From Anthoceros angustus (taxonomy: Eukaryota; Plantae; Anthocerotophyta), in NCBI GenBank assembly GCA_010909165.1, contig MU008156.1:868001-932000 (forward strand): a stretch of DNA of 64,000 bases. The letters run 5' to 3'. A model generated the notes under the pieces. The model saw nothing but the letters and a program-made list of their open reading frames with translations, ran no database searches and had not been told where the DNA came from. Made by a program: the position numbers and the translations under genes. The first letter of the stretch is position 1; every line of letters starts with the position of its first letter. Of this stretch, positions 10,553 to 20,937 are shown in pieces.

Positions 10553-13014
10553 AACACGATAATTTTTGAAGGGGGTTAATAATCTCGAAGGGGGTTTTCC
10601 GCAAATAATCTCTGAAGGGGGTTTTTGATGGGCCCTAAAACAGCGTTTTGAAGGCATTGAAAAGCGACTCAAAAAAGGTGTCACCAAAAATTACTACTTT
10701 CCATCCTAGCAATGTTTGTGGCCAATGGTGGTATGAAACTCGAACCTAGGGAAATAATGCAAAGTAGGAGCGGTGAGGAAGGCCGTTCTCGCCGCGACGA
10801 TCAGAACTCGCTTTGGGATGGAAATGTGGTTTTGTTATGACACCACAAAAGCCACGCAGACGGTATTTCCTAACACGTAAACATCAAGAACCGGACTTAC
10901 AACATTAACTCGGGACCCGGAAAAAGCGAGATTTCGGTTCACTCATCCCGAGTTCAATCCATCGTCATCACTTGGTCCACTTCTCCTCCATTGTCATCAC
11001 TATCTTGACGACACTTTCACTCGCAGTTGTATGAAGCCACGCAACTCGAAGAGCTTATCCCTTATCGCTTTTTTGTCCACCGCATACAGATGTTTCCGTG
11101 CGTTCAACACAAACCCATAATACAGGATGACTGTTTCATTCACAAATACCTCCTGTATGTTTTTTAGGTAATGGATCTTATTCCCTTTTTTCCTCGGCAT
11201 TGGACCAGATGGGTTACCACTCTGGCGGACTATGTGTTCCTGCACATATCTCCCTTCATACGCATCTATGTGCTCGGTCCGATACTAGTGGATAAGAAAG
11301 TGAGGTCGTGGTGCGTTTAGCTTCACGTCAATGACCTCCCCAATCCAGAATGGCCTGTTATGCATGTCCGTATTGCACGGCACTGCCAGAAACATCCCCT
11401 CTCGGATTTCCGTTATGTCCCCATTCATCCGTGCCATTTCCGCAGCTTGCCTTCCCGCATTTTGATATGCCCCAAATACATATCACGTGGGAGGTCCCTC
11501 AATAATGCCTCATCTAGCAAAGCTTCATCCGGCACTTGAAGTGGTCAGGCTGTATGATCCACTTCTGCACGTGAAAACCACTTCCAAGGACGCTGTAGCA
11601 CTAGCCCAATGTTATTCTCCACAACGATAGCAATCTCCTTCCGGTCCAACAGGCTTCCCACCACTTATACTCTTCAACAGTCACCTATGGATGCAAATCT
11701 TTTAACCCTTCCTGCAAATGGGCCACACCTTCCATCGGTGATAGGATACCTGCCGTTCCCTTCTTGTCCCCCCCCTAGCTTCACCCGTATGCACCGTAGG
11801 ATGGTGCTAAGGGAGGGCGCCGGTCGACCGGCGCCCTCCCCCAGCATGCCCTGCTCATGGGCGCCGGCCGGCCGGCGCCCCCTAGCACGCCATGGGCGCG
11901 GCCGGCCGCGCCCCCAACACGCCTGCCCATGGGCCGGCCGCCTCCCCAGCACACGCCATGGGCGCCGGCGCCTCCCCTAGCACCGCCCATGGGCGCCGCC
12001 GCCGCCTCCCCTAGCACACCCATGGCGCCGGCCGGCGCCCCCAACACGCCTGCCCATGGCGCGGCCGGCCGGCGCCCCCACCAACACGCCATGCCTTGCC
12101 CATGGCGCCGGCCGGCGCCTCCCCTAACACCCTGCCCTACCCATGGGCGCCGGCCGGCGCCTCCTCCTAGGCTGTCTTCAAAAATAAATATTTAGCGCCT
12201 CAAGAGTATTCAACCATGGACTGTTGGTCTAGTGTTTGGGAAATAAGTGTAGTAATGAATAGGTTCGTGTTCAAACCTCGTGCCTCCTCAAGTTCAATTT
12301 TGTTGATTTTAAGGATGCTTGCATGGGCGCATGGGCAACTAACTTTGTTCATTTTAAGGACGTTGGCATTGCCTTAAAGCCCAAGTGGTTGCATTGAGTG
12401 CGGAAGGTTGAAGACCACGATGGCGACCTTTTGGATGAGGGTCGGAGACCCTAGATCTTTGTGTGGCGATCGACACCGTCGGGGCCCAAGAATGATACTA
12501 TTGAAGGCGAGCAAGCAATGGAGGAGAACGACAACTTCGAGGCGGAGGATATGGACCGCCTCGAATATGGCGGTGGTACTTGACTCGATTTGGCGCAAGG
12601 CATGGATGAGTCGCCGGCCGCACTCTTGAATGGCTATTGTCGATGCCGATGACCACTTCCTCCTTGATTGTTTGTTGCAATGTTCTCACGACCACTTAAA
12701 TGAGACTCCTACAGAGATTGTTTTCATTGTGTTCCACCACTTGAAAGTAAAAGTTTTCGGTTGTAATAAACATATGAAAATGGCAGCCCTCTATGCATTC
12801 TACTAAACGCAACGGGCCCACACCCTCATGCTCCGGTTCTCGGGTGTAGACTTGAAAGTGCATCTTTTATCAAAGATATGACCTCGAGAAAGGGTGTGTG
12901 CATTATCAAAGTAGGGCACATATGCTGTTCTAGGTAAGGTGTTCTTCGTGACAAGGGGGTGATGTCTCGGCCGAAGGGGGTCAGTATATCCCCCCCTTCA
13001 AAAATTATCGTGTT
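10553..13014. mobile_element. TIR DNA transposon copy 1 (2462 bp), AACACG termini, non-autonomous, carrying a degenerate unknown gene on the minus strand
   Basis: TIR AACACGATAATTTTTGAAGGGGG / CCCCCTTCAAAAATTATCGTGTT, 4-bp TSD GGAG (10549-10552 and 13015-13018), subterminal AAGGGGGT repeats. Confidence 0.9.
11813..12168. repeat. GC-rich degenerate minisatellite (~30-35-bp units, CATGGGCGCCGGCCGGCGCCTCCCCTAGCA-like) inside the TIR element; also at ~22160-22505
   Basis: Repeated ccatggg/cgccggcc motifs. Confidence 0.85.
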
Positions 13015-13083
13015 GGAGGTTTTGAGTGCCGGGCATGCGAGAGTCCTTCTGGTAGTGTGCAATGCAATCAGGGGAATTATTAC

Positions 13084-13493
13084 CCACTTCGATCATGTGC
13101 TATTACAATATTATCCTTAGAAGGAAATACAACTTATGTATACATAGAAACCACTTCGATCATGTGCTATTACAATATTATCCTTAGAAGGAAGTACAAC
13201 TTATGTATACATAGAAACGAATTTTATTTAAGTCCACTAAGCTATTACAATATTATCCTTAGAAGGAAGTACAACTTATGTATACATAGAAACCACTTGG
13301 ATCATGTGCTATTACAATATTATCCTTAGAAGGAAGTACAACTTATGTATACATAGAAACCACTTGGATCATGTGCTATTACAATATTATCCTTAGAAGG
13401 AAGTACAACTTATGTATACATAGAAACCACTTGGATCATGTGCTATTACAATATTATCCTTAGAAGGAAGTACAACTTATGTATCATAGAAAC
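13084..13493. repeat. 67-bp tandem repeat, about 6 copies, one unit containing the SINE 3' end
   Basis: ccacttSgatcatgtgctattacaatattatccttagaaggaagtacaacttatgtatacatagaaa repeated. Confidence 0.9.
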
Positions 13494-13657
13494 GAATTTT
13501 ATTTAAGTCCACTAAGGACGGATTTCCGTCATGGGCCTTGGTGCTTAACAACTTGTACTATGGTGTGCCTAAGCTACTTGCACCAAGGGCATCCACTCCC
13601 TTTAGGCACCCCATCTAAGTATCGATCCAAGCTCGGGATGCTTAATCACGGCGTTCT
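13494..13657 (-). mobile_element. 5S-rRNA-related SINE-like element, copy 2 (uninterrupted)
   Basis: Minus strand AGAACGCCGTGATTAAGC...GATACTTAGATGGGGTGCC...GACGGAAATCCGTC...AAATAAAATTC, highly similar to the joined copy 1. No clear TSD. Confidence 0.7.
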
Positions 13658-14056
13658 TATAAATGTGTGTCCATTTGGCCTAATCCATTTGGACACACTA
13701 AAGGATTAGCCTCAAACTAAGTCAAGACATTTCTATTTTTTTTCATGTTTTCATTATGTTTGAGTCTCATGATATCAACTCTTCTTGGTAGACTTACATA
13801 TATTTTCCTTCTACTCCCATTCACCAAAAGATATCAACTTACTTTTATTTAGGGGAAAAAAATATGTATGCCTTCACTAATCTTCATTCTTCTTTGAAGC
13901 TAAAGCTCTTGGAAATATCTATAACATATTCCACTACACGATCTTTTATTACAACTCCATGTACACACCAAGGTTCATGAGAGCCTACAATGTTATCTTA
14001 TACCACATTTATCACATGACAATACATAGAAAAGGAAGAAAAATTTTGATTGTTGT

Positions 14057-14983
14057 CTATTGCGGATGATAAATAGGTTGAATAATACAGGTCCTACAAA
14101 TCGGACAATTCATATTGGAATATAGCCACTTTGCGATACATTCTATATGAAATGGATGTCCACAAGAAGGACAAAGGTATATGATATGTCCTAAAGGAGG
14201 GCATTCTAAACATATTGAACACATTTCATGTGTAGAGGAAATAGGCATTAATTTTATATCTTTCTCGCAAACTCCCATGAACTTATGATTACCCACCATA
14301 GCATGTTGCAAGTAGGCATTCCATGGTAAAGAAATAACAGTCATAGGTACAATATTTGGCGCTGGCGCTGGAACGTAAAATGCTGTATGATAATCTTTTG
14401 TATTCAATCCACTTAAGAATGCCGTTTCATACATCTCTTCTTCAATCTCTTCTTGCCTTACTACACATGCCATATCTTTAGTACTAGATAGATGAAAATG
14501 TAGGAGCACCATACGCATCCCGTATTGGTATCGACCACATCCGGCTCCTTCATTTCCTCCTCCTTGATATGAAGCATCTACGTTTTCAGCTATTTGAATT
14601 CTTGTTTCATTTTCTTGTTCTTGATTTAAACCATGTGCGTCTCCAACTATAACACCACGCGTTTGATTCAGTTCTCGTTCTTGATTTGAAGAATGACCAA
14701 TTATTTGATAATCTATTTGATCAAATTCTCGTTCCTGATTTGAAATTATTTGATCTACTCTTTGATTTAATTCTCTTTCATGATTTGAAGCAATTTGATC
14801 CCTTCTTTGATTAAATTCTTGATCCTGACTTGAAGCATTTTCAATACGTTGTAGATTAAGCTCTGTCGATCGTTGGTCCTTGGTGCGGGATGTAACGTGC
14901 GATATCACCTCTTTCATAATAATAAAAATTATTATAATAAAAATTATAATGAGAATAGTCATCATTATCATCATCATCATCAT
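14057..14983 (-). CDS. ATL-like RING-H2 E3 ubiquitin ligase (N-terminal TM, NQERELNQ repeats, C-terminal RING-H2), copy 1
   Basis: Poly-Met/Ile hydrophobic N-terminus, GLD-like motif GVCEKDIKLMP, CSICLE...CGHPFHIECIAKWL....CPICR, intronless. Confidence 0.85.
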   Translation of the reverse strand: MMMMMIMMTILIIIFIIIIFIIMKEVISHVTSRTKDQRSTELNLQRIENASSQDQEFNQRRDQIASNHERELNQRVDQIISNQEREFDQIDYQIIGHSSNQERELNQTRGVIVGDAHGLNQEQENETRIQIAENVDASYQGGGNEGAGCGRYQYGMRMVLLHFHLSSTKDMACVVRQEEIEEEMYETAFLSGLNTKDYHTAFYVPAPAPNIVPMTVISLPWNAYLQHAMVGNHKFMGVCEKDIKLMPISSTHEMCSICLECPPLGHIIYLCPSCGHPFHIECIAKWLYSNMNCPICRTCIIQPIYHPQ

Positions 14984-15104
14984 GTCTATGATAAATAGAG
15001 ACTCTCGTTGTGTCTAATTTAAGAAACTATCTTGCCCTTTAAAAATAGGGATACGGCTTGTAGATTAATGTGCCTCAACCAATCGTTAAGCTTTAAAGTC
15101 GCAG

Positions 15105-15400
15105 GATAATGTGCCTGAACCTATTGCCAAAGTCTAAAGTCTTCGAATGAATTTTATCTCTACTAGTTCCTAATATCCTCAATTGATTGTTTGAGATTGT
15201 GTTTTGTCTAATCCATCATGGTTTTGAGCACGTTTATTCTTGATTCAAACAAGATAATGTGCCTGAACCAATTGCCAAAGTCTAAAGTCTTCGAATGAAT
15301 TTTATCTCTACTAGTTCCTAATATCCTCAATTGATTGTTTAAGATTTTGTTTTGTCTAATCCATCATGGTTTTGAGCACGTTTATTCTTGATTCAAACAA
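15105..15400. repeat. 148-bp tandem duplication upstream of RING copy 1
   Basis: gataatgtgcctgaacc...ttgattcaaacaa occurs twice here and once in each paralogous upstream region. Confidence 0.85.
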
Positions 15401-15781
15401 GATTCTCAAGTGCCTGTCAAGTTTACTCTTCCGCATAAGTATCACATTTATGAGTTTTATCTGCAAAGCTCAAGGGTCTTTTACAAATCTATCATCCATA
15501 TGATAAATAATCACTTAAGCTCTTCTCATTTATATATAGGTAAGTAGAATTACTTTTCCTTTCAAAAAAGAGCTTTAACTTAGCAACTACTAAAACCACT
15601 CTCTTAATGCATTTGATAGAGAAAGTAGATAGCATCGTTTAGACACTATTACTAAATACTATGACATACTATATGTATGGCATGCCACATGGCCTATCAA
15701 TGAGAACTATAGTTAGACTTTACTATTTTGTAATTTGTACATGCTTTACAAGTGGTTCACATCTTTCTTCAAGAGCACATA

Positions 15782-16046
15782 CGTTAGATTTGAGGGGTCA
15801 AAACCCACGTCCAACACAAGGCCTCATGGAATTGTTGCACCTTAATAATAGCCATTGTTAACTTAGGGTTTATTACATATATACACAAGTTAGGTTGTTT
15901 AATTTTTTTTTAGTGAAATATCATTTGTTAAAAATACATTTTATATATCAGTACAATTTCAGCCTTAATTATTTGTTCTCTTGTTCTATTATGGCTAAGC
16001 CGCTCTTGCTTGCTCGAGCGTCTGATATTTCACATGGTATCAGAGC
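15782..16046 (+). mobile_element. Probable LTR (~250 bp, left end uncertain) followed by a tRNA-iMet PBS
   Basis: ...TTTCACA then TGGTATCAGAGC at 16035-16046. Homology to the RING paralogue flanks stops at ~15760. Confidence 0.55.
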
Positions 16047-16099
16047 AACTATATAAATTGCAACCTAACGCTCATATGCCTACGGTAGAATGAAGAGGG

Positions 16100-18188
16100 A
16101 CATTGAAAGTAAGATCCAAAAATTTGAAGATGATCGATAGAAGGCTTTTTATCAGTAAATGCTTCATAGGGAGTTATATCTTGAACAACATACGTAGACA
16201 ATCTATTAATGAGGCAAATGGCTATAAGAATAGCTTTTGCCCAATAAACCTTGGTAAGTGTGCTTGGGATAATAAACAGCTTGCGATCTCGTATAGGCAT
16301 AGATTCTTATTTTTCGCTACGCCATTTTGCTGAGGAGTGTGTACAACAGTGAGTTGTTGAGCTATGCCTTCAGCTCAACAAAACTCAGCTAATACATGTG
16401 ATGTAAACTCGCCACCATTGTCGGAACATAAAGTCTTGAGTTTTTTATATGTTAATCTCTCTACCCAAGTCATATAGTCCTTAAAGAAATGATGAGCATC
16501 ACTCTTGTATTTAACGATGTAGGTGAGGACGAAACAAGAGTAGTTGTCTATGAAATTCAAAAAGTATCTACTACCACGAAAAGAGGGTTTGGAGATAGGA
16601 CCACAAATGTCTATATGCACAAGCTCAAAGTGATATAGCCCTTTGTGGTGAGATGTTCTGAAAAGGAGCCTGATGTCTTTTGGTAATGACACAAACTTCA
16701 CACCAAGGTAGGTGTTCAATCTTGGAGAGAGAGAGAGTTTCATAGAGGTTTCCCTTCGACATTTGGAGTAATTTTTGACTATTTGGATGACCTAGACGAC
16801 AATGCCAAAGCATAGTAGGTGTTGGTGTAACAGAATCTTGGGACGCTACATTGATGGAATGTGTGGAACCCACTTGGACTGACAATTTGTAAAGTCCATC
16901 TTCTAATGTGCCTGTGCACATGGCATATGACTTATTGGTGACATAAATAATGAAGCAACTTCCTGCATGGAGTGTAATTTGCATAGTATGTTCTAGACAT
17001 AAGCTAGCGGTAGACACTAAGTTCTTATACGTGGATGGTACATGAAGGACGTTATTTAAAAGAAGAAGTTCACCTGAATCGCATCTAAGAACAACATGAC
17101 CGACTCTATCTATGGGGAGGTTGTGGTCATCACCCAAGAGAACAGACTCATGTCCTTTGGTTGGGAAATAAGTCTCAAAAGAGTTTTTGTTGTAAGAGTT
17201 GTGGGAGGTTGCTCCACTGTCTAAGTACCAACAGGGGTCAGAAGGCTCAAATGATGCCAAGTAGACAGTGAGAGCTAATGGTATTGTTGAAGACTATTTC
17301 TTTATAGCAACATGTGCTCCAGGTGGGGCCTCTTTCTTAGGCTCGCCATTCTTCTTTTTCCTACAGTCCTTCTCCATATAGTTTGGAATTCTGCACAAAT
17401 AATTCCATCCTTCTTGTTACCTCTTGTAGGTGTAGAAGAAGATGAAGTCTGCCCAATAAAAGTATATTGTATAAGATTGGTAGGTCGTGAAGAGGGTCTT
17501 CTATCGCAGCCTTGGCCTCAACCTCGACCTCTCCCTCTACCTCTTCTTGTGTACATTACTTGCTCTCTGATTATGGAATCTGGAAATGTGCCGACGACTT
17601 GACTCCTCCTGGATCAATGCTTCAATTAATTCATTGACACTAATGTCCATCATTTCGGAGTCATATTTGCGCATGTTTTTATGAGCATTCCTCAACACGG
17701 CATTCTATGTTGTCACAAATCTATAAGAGGGTGATAAGGAGGATAAGAGAGCAACAAAGCAATTTTACTCAAAAAAGCTTAGTGCTGAATGCAGCTTCAA
17801 GTTGAGATCTTTCCAAACGAAAAACACTAATGTGATGTTTGATTGTATTTGATTCCTACATCTTCAAATTATGGAAATCACGGGTAATTGTCATCAAACT
17901 CATAACATCCTTCGAGGAGTATAGCTGAGTAAGATGGTCTCACATTTCGTTGAAGGAGCTTGCTTCACCGATTTGCCTTACCATGTGTTGTGAGAGGCCA
18001 CTAATTAGGATATCTTGAGTCTTCTCGTCTTTGGCGTCTCAGGTACGTTTACTCTCAAGACCTCAGATGAGGCGTTCATTGGTTCTATTGACTATATCGC
18101 ATAATTCTCGGTTGCATACAACTCCTCTCATTAGTAGGTGCCAGACGTCATAGTCTTGGCCTTCGAATCTATCCTTGGGTGCAAGCAT
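16100..18188 (-). pseudogene. Copia gag-protease-integrase remnant (no RT/RNase H)
   Basis: MLAPKDRFEGQDYDVW, WYLDSGATSH, LWHCRLGH, ELVHIDICGP, LCSDNGGEF, TPYEAFTDKKPSIDHLQIFG, with many stops and frameshifts. Confidence 0.9.
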
Positions 18189-20683
18189 GGTTAGGTAAAC
18201 CACTTTATGTGGGGATGGACGCAACACGTATATATGCCCACATGTGGACATATTTACCTTCCAAAAATTCTTTCCAATAGAATGATTGTTGAAATGATTC
18301 AAAATTTTTTCCCATAACTAAGAGCAAGGCAACAAGTCCACACTAAAATGCTCATAGTTAAAGGATATGATTTGTACATAAGGTATTTAATTGTTTGATC
18401 ATGGATGGACAAGTGAACTTTGGACACGTGAACTTTGGACACAAAAAGTGAGCACAAGAGACACAACCCAAGTTCATTGGAATTTCAAACCATCCATCAG
18501 ATGAACATAGAATACGAAAAGTGAGTCTTTGTCACTCAAGTTTGAACTTGTTCAAATTTCAAAGTTGGAATAGCGAGAATTTCAAAGTTTGGCTTTAGCG
18601 GAATTTCAAAATTCATACAAGTGTACACTTATTTGTGACCATGCCTCACTTTTAGTGTTCTATGTCGATTAATGGATCGTTTGAATTTCAAATGTACAAG
18701 TTGACGGTCACAAACAAGTGTACACTTGTATGAATTTCAAATTTTTGTTTAGCGAATTTCAAACCAGTACCCAAGTTGCTATGGCATGTTTTTATGAGAG
18801 CATAACGCCATCTTCATGCTCATGAGCCCTTTCACCATCTTGCTTTGCGCTAAGGGCACTCGGTCCGTGTGTGAACAACACCATAATTTTGAAGGGGGGG
18901 AATATACAAACCCTTCGAGGGAAAAATAACACCTTGACGGAAAAGGCACCATCCTCAAATTGTGTGAAAGCAGTTGGTTTGAAAATACGTAGACACCCTC
19001 CGTTCATATAAATCTATAAGCGGATCTCCACGTACATCCATCGTTACCGGATGGGCCATGTGTCTCCACTTCATCGACCAAGTGAGCAACCATATGGACT
19101 TGAATGTCGAAAAACTTTGGCGGCATGATAATTTTGAAGGGGTTAATAATCTCAAGGGGTTTTCCGCAAATAATCTGAAGGGGTTTTGATGGGCCCTAAA
19201 GCAGTTTGAAGGCATTCGGAAAACACTCGAAAAAAGGGTGTCACCAGAAAATTACTACTTTCCATCCTAGCAATGTTTGTGGCCAATGGTGGTGAAACTC
19301 GAACCTAGGGAAATAATGCAAAGTAGGAGCGGTGAGGAAGGCCGTTCTGCCCGGGCAAACGTAAACTCGGTTTTGGGATGGAAATGTGGTTTTGTTATGA
19401 CACCACAAAAGCCACAGACGGTATTTCCTAACACGAAACATCGACCGGACTTACAACATTAACTCGGGACCCGGGAAAAACGAGATTTCGGTTTCACTCA
19501 TCCCGAGTTCAATCCATCGTCATCACTTGGTCCGACTTCTCCTCCATTGTCATCACTATCTTGATGACACTTTCACTCGAGTTGTATGAAGCCACGCTCA
19601 TGAGCTTATCCCTTATCGCTTTTTGTCCACTCTGAGATGTTTTATGTTCAAACCCATAATCTGGGATGGTATTTCATTCACAAATACCTCCTGTATGTTT
19701 TTAGGTAATGGATCTTATTCCCTTTTTCCTCGGCATTGGACGGATGGGTTACCACTGGCGGACTATGTGTTCTGCACATATCTCCTTCATACGCATCTAT
19801 GTGCTCGGTCCGATACTAGTGGATGAGGTCGTGGTGCGTTTACTCTCAAGACCTCGGATGAGGCGTTCATTGGTTCTATTGACTATATCGCATAATTCTC
19901 GGTTGCATACAACTCCTCTCATTAGTAGGTGCCAGACGTCATAGTCTTGGCCTTCGAATCTATCCTTGGGTGCAAGCATGGTTAGGTAAACCACTTTATG
20001 TGGGGATGGACGCAACACGTATATATGCCCACATGTGGACATATTTACCTTCCAAAAATTCTTTCCAATAGAATGATTGTTGAAATGATTCAAAATTTTT
20101 TCCCATAACTAAGAGCAAGGCAACAAGTCCACACTAAAATGCTCATAGTTAAAGGATATGATTTGTACATAAGGTATTTAATTGTTTGATCATGGATGGA
20201 CAAGTGAACTTTGGACACGTGAACTTTGGACACAAAAAGTGAGCACAAGAGACACAACCCAAGTTCATTGGAATTTCAAACCATCCATCAGATGAACATA
20301 GAATACGAAAAGTGAGTCTTTGTCACACTCAAGTTTGAACTTGTTCAAATTTCAAAGTTGGAATAAGCAGGAATTTCAAAGTTTGGCTTTAGCGGGAATT
20401 TCGAAATTCATACAAGTGTACACTTATTTGTGACCATGCCTCACTTTTAGTGTTCTATGTCAGTTGACGGGATCGTTTGAATTTCAAATGTACAAGTTGA
20501 CGGGTCACAAACAAGTGTACACTTGTATGAATTTCAAATTTTTGTTTAAGCAGGAATTTCAAACCCAGGTACCCAAGTTGCTATGGCATGTTTCTGATGA
20601 GAGCATAACCTGCCATCTTCATGCCTGCGAGCCCTTTCACCATCTTGCTTTGCGCTAAGGGCACTCAGTCCCCGTGTGTGAAC

Positions 20684-20760
20684 AACACCATAATTTTTGA
20701 AGGGGGGGAATATACAAACCCTTCGAGGGAAAAATAACACCTTCGACGGAAAAGGCACCA
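20684..20760. mobile_element. Orphan AACACC-type transposon terminus downstream of the Tnp2 transposase 3' end (noisy duplicate at ~18877)
   Basis: AACACCATAATTTTTGAAGGGGGGGAATATAC..CCCTTCG has the same layout as the right end of the 2.4-kb elements. Confidence 0.7.
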
Positions 20761-20829
20761 TCCTCAAATTGTGTGAAACAGTTGGTTTGAAAATACAGAC
20801 ACCCTCCGTTCATATAAATCTATAGCGGA

Positions 20830-20937
20830 TCTCCACGAAGTACATCCATCGTACACTGGATGGGCCATGTGTCTCCACTTCATCGACCAAGTGAGCAACC
20901 ATATGGACTTGAATGTCGAAAAACTTTGGCGGCATAA
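20830..20937 (-). pseudogene. CACTA Tnp2 transposase, C-terminal (DUF4218-like) piece
   Basis: MPPKFFDIQVHMVAHLVDEVETHGPSSVRWMYFVE joins in frame to 23355+ once the TIR element is removed. Confidence 0.85.

Noticed and set aside
13084-13493. Regularly spaced repeats (also 39951-40458 and 48764-49005) as CRISPR-like arrays
   Set aside because: Units are contiguous with no unique spacers, no cas genes are present, and the context is eukaryotic.
13494-13657. Genuine 5S rRNA gene or Cassandra TRIM
   Set aside because: It lacks the first ~40 nt and is too divergent for a 5S gene, and it has no TG...CA LTR ends, PBS or PPT.
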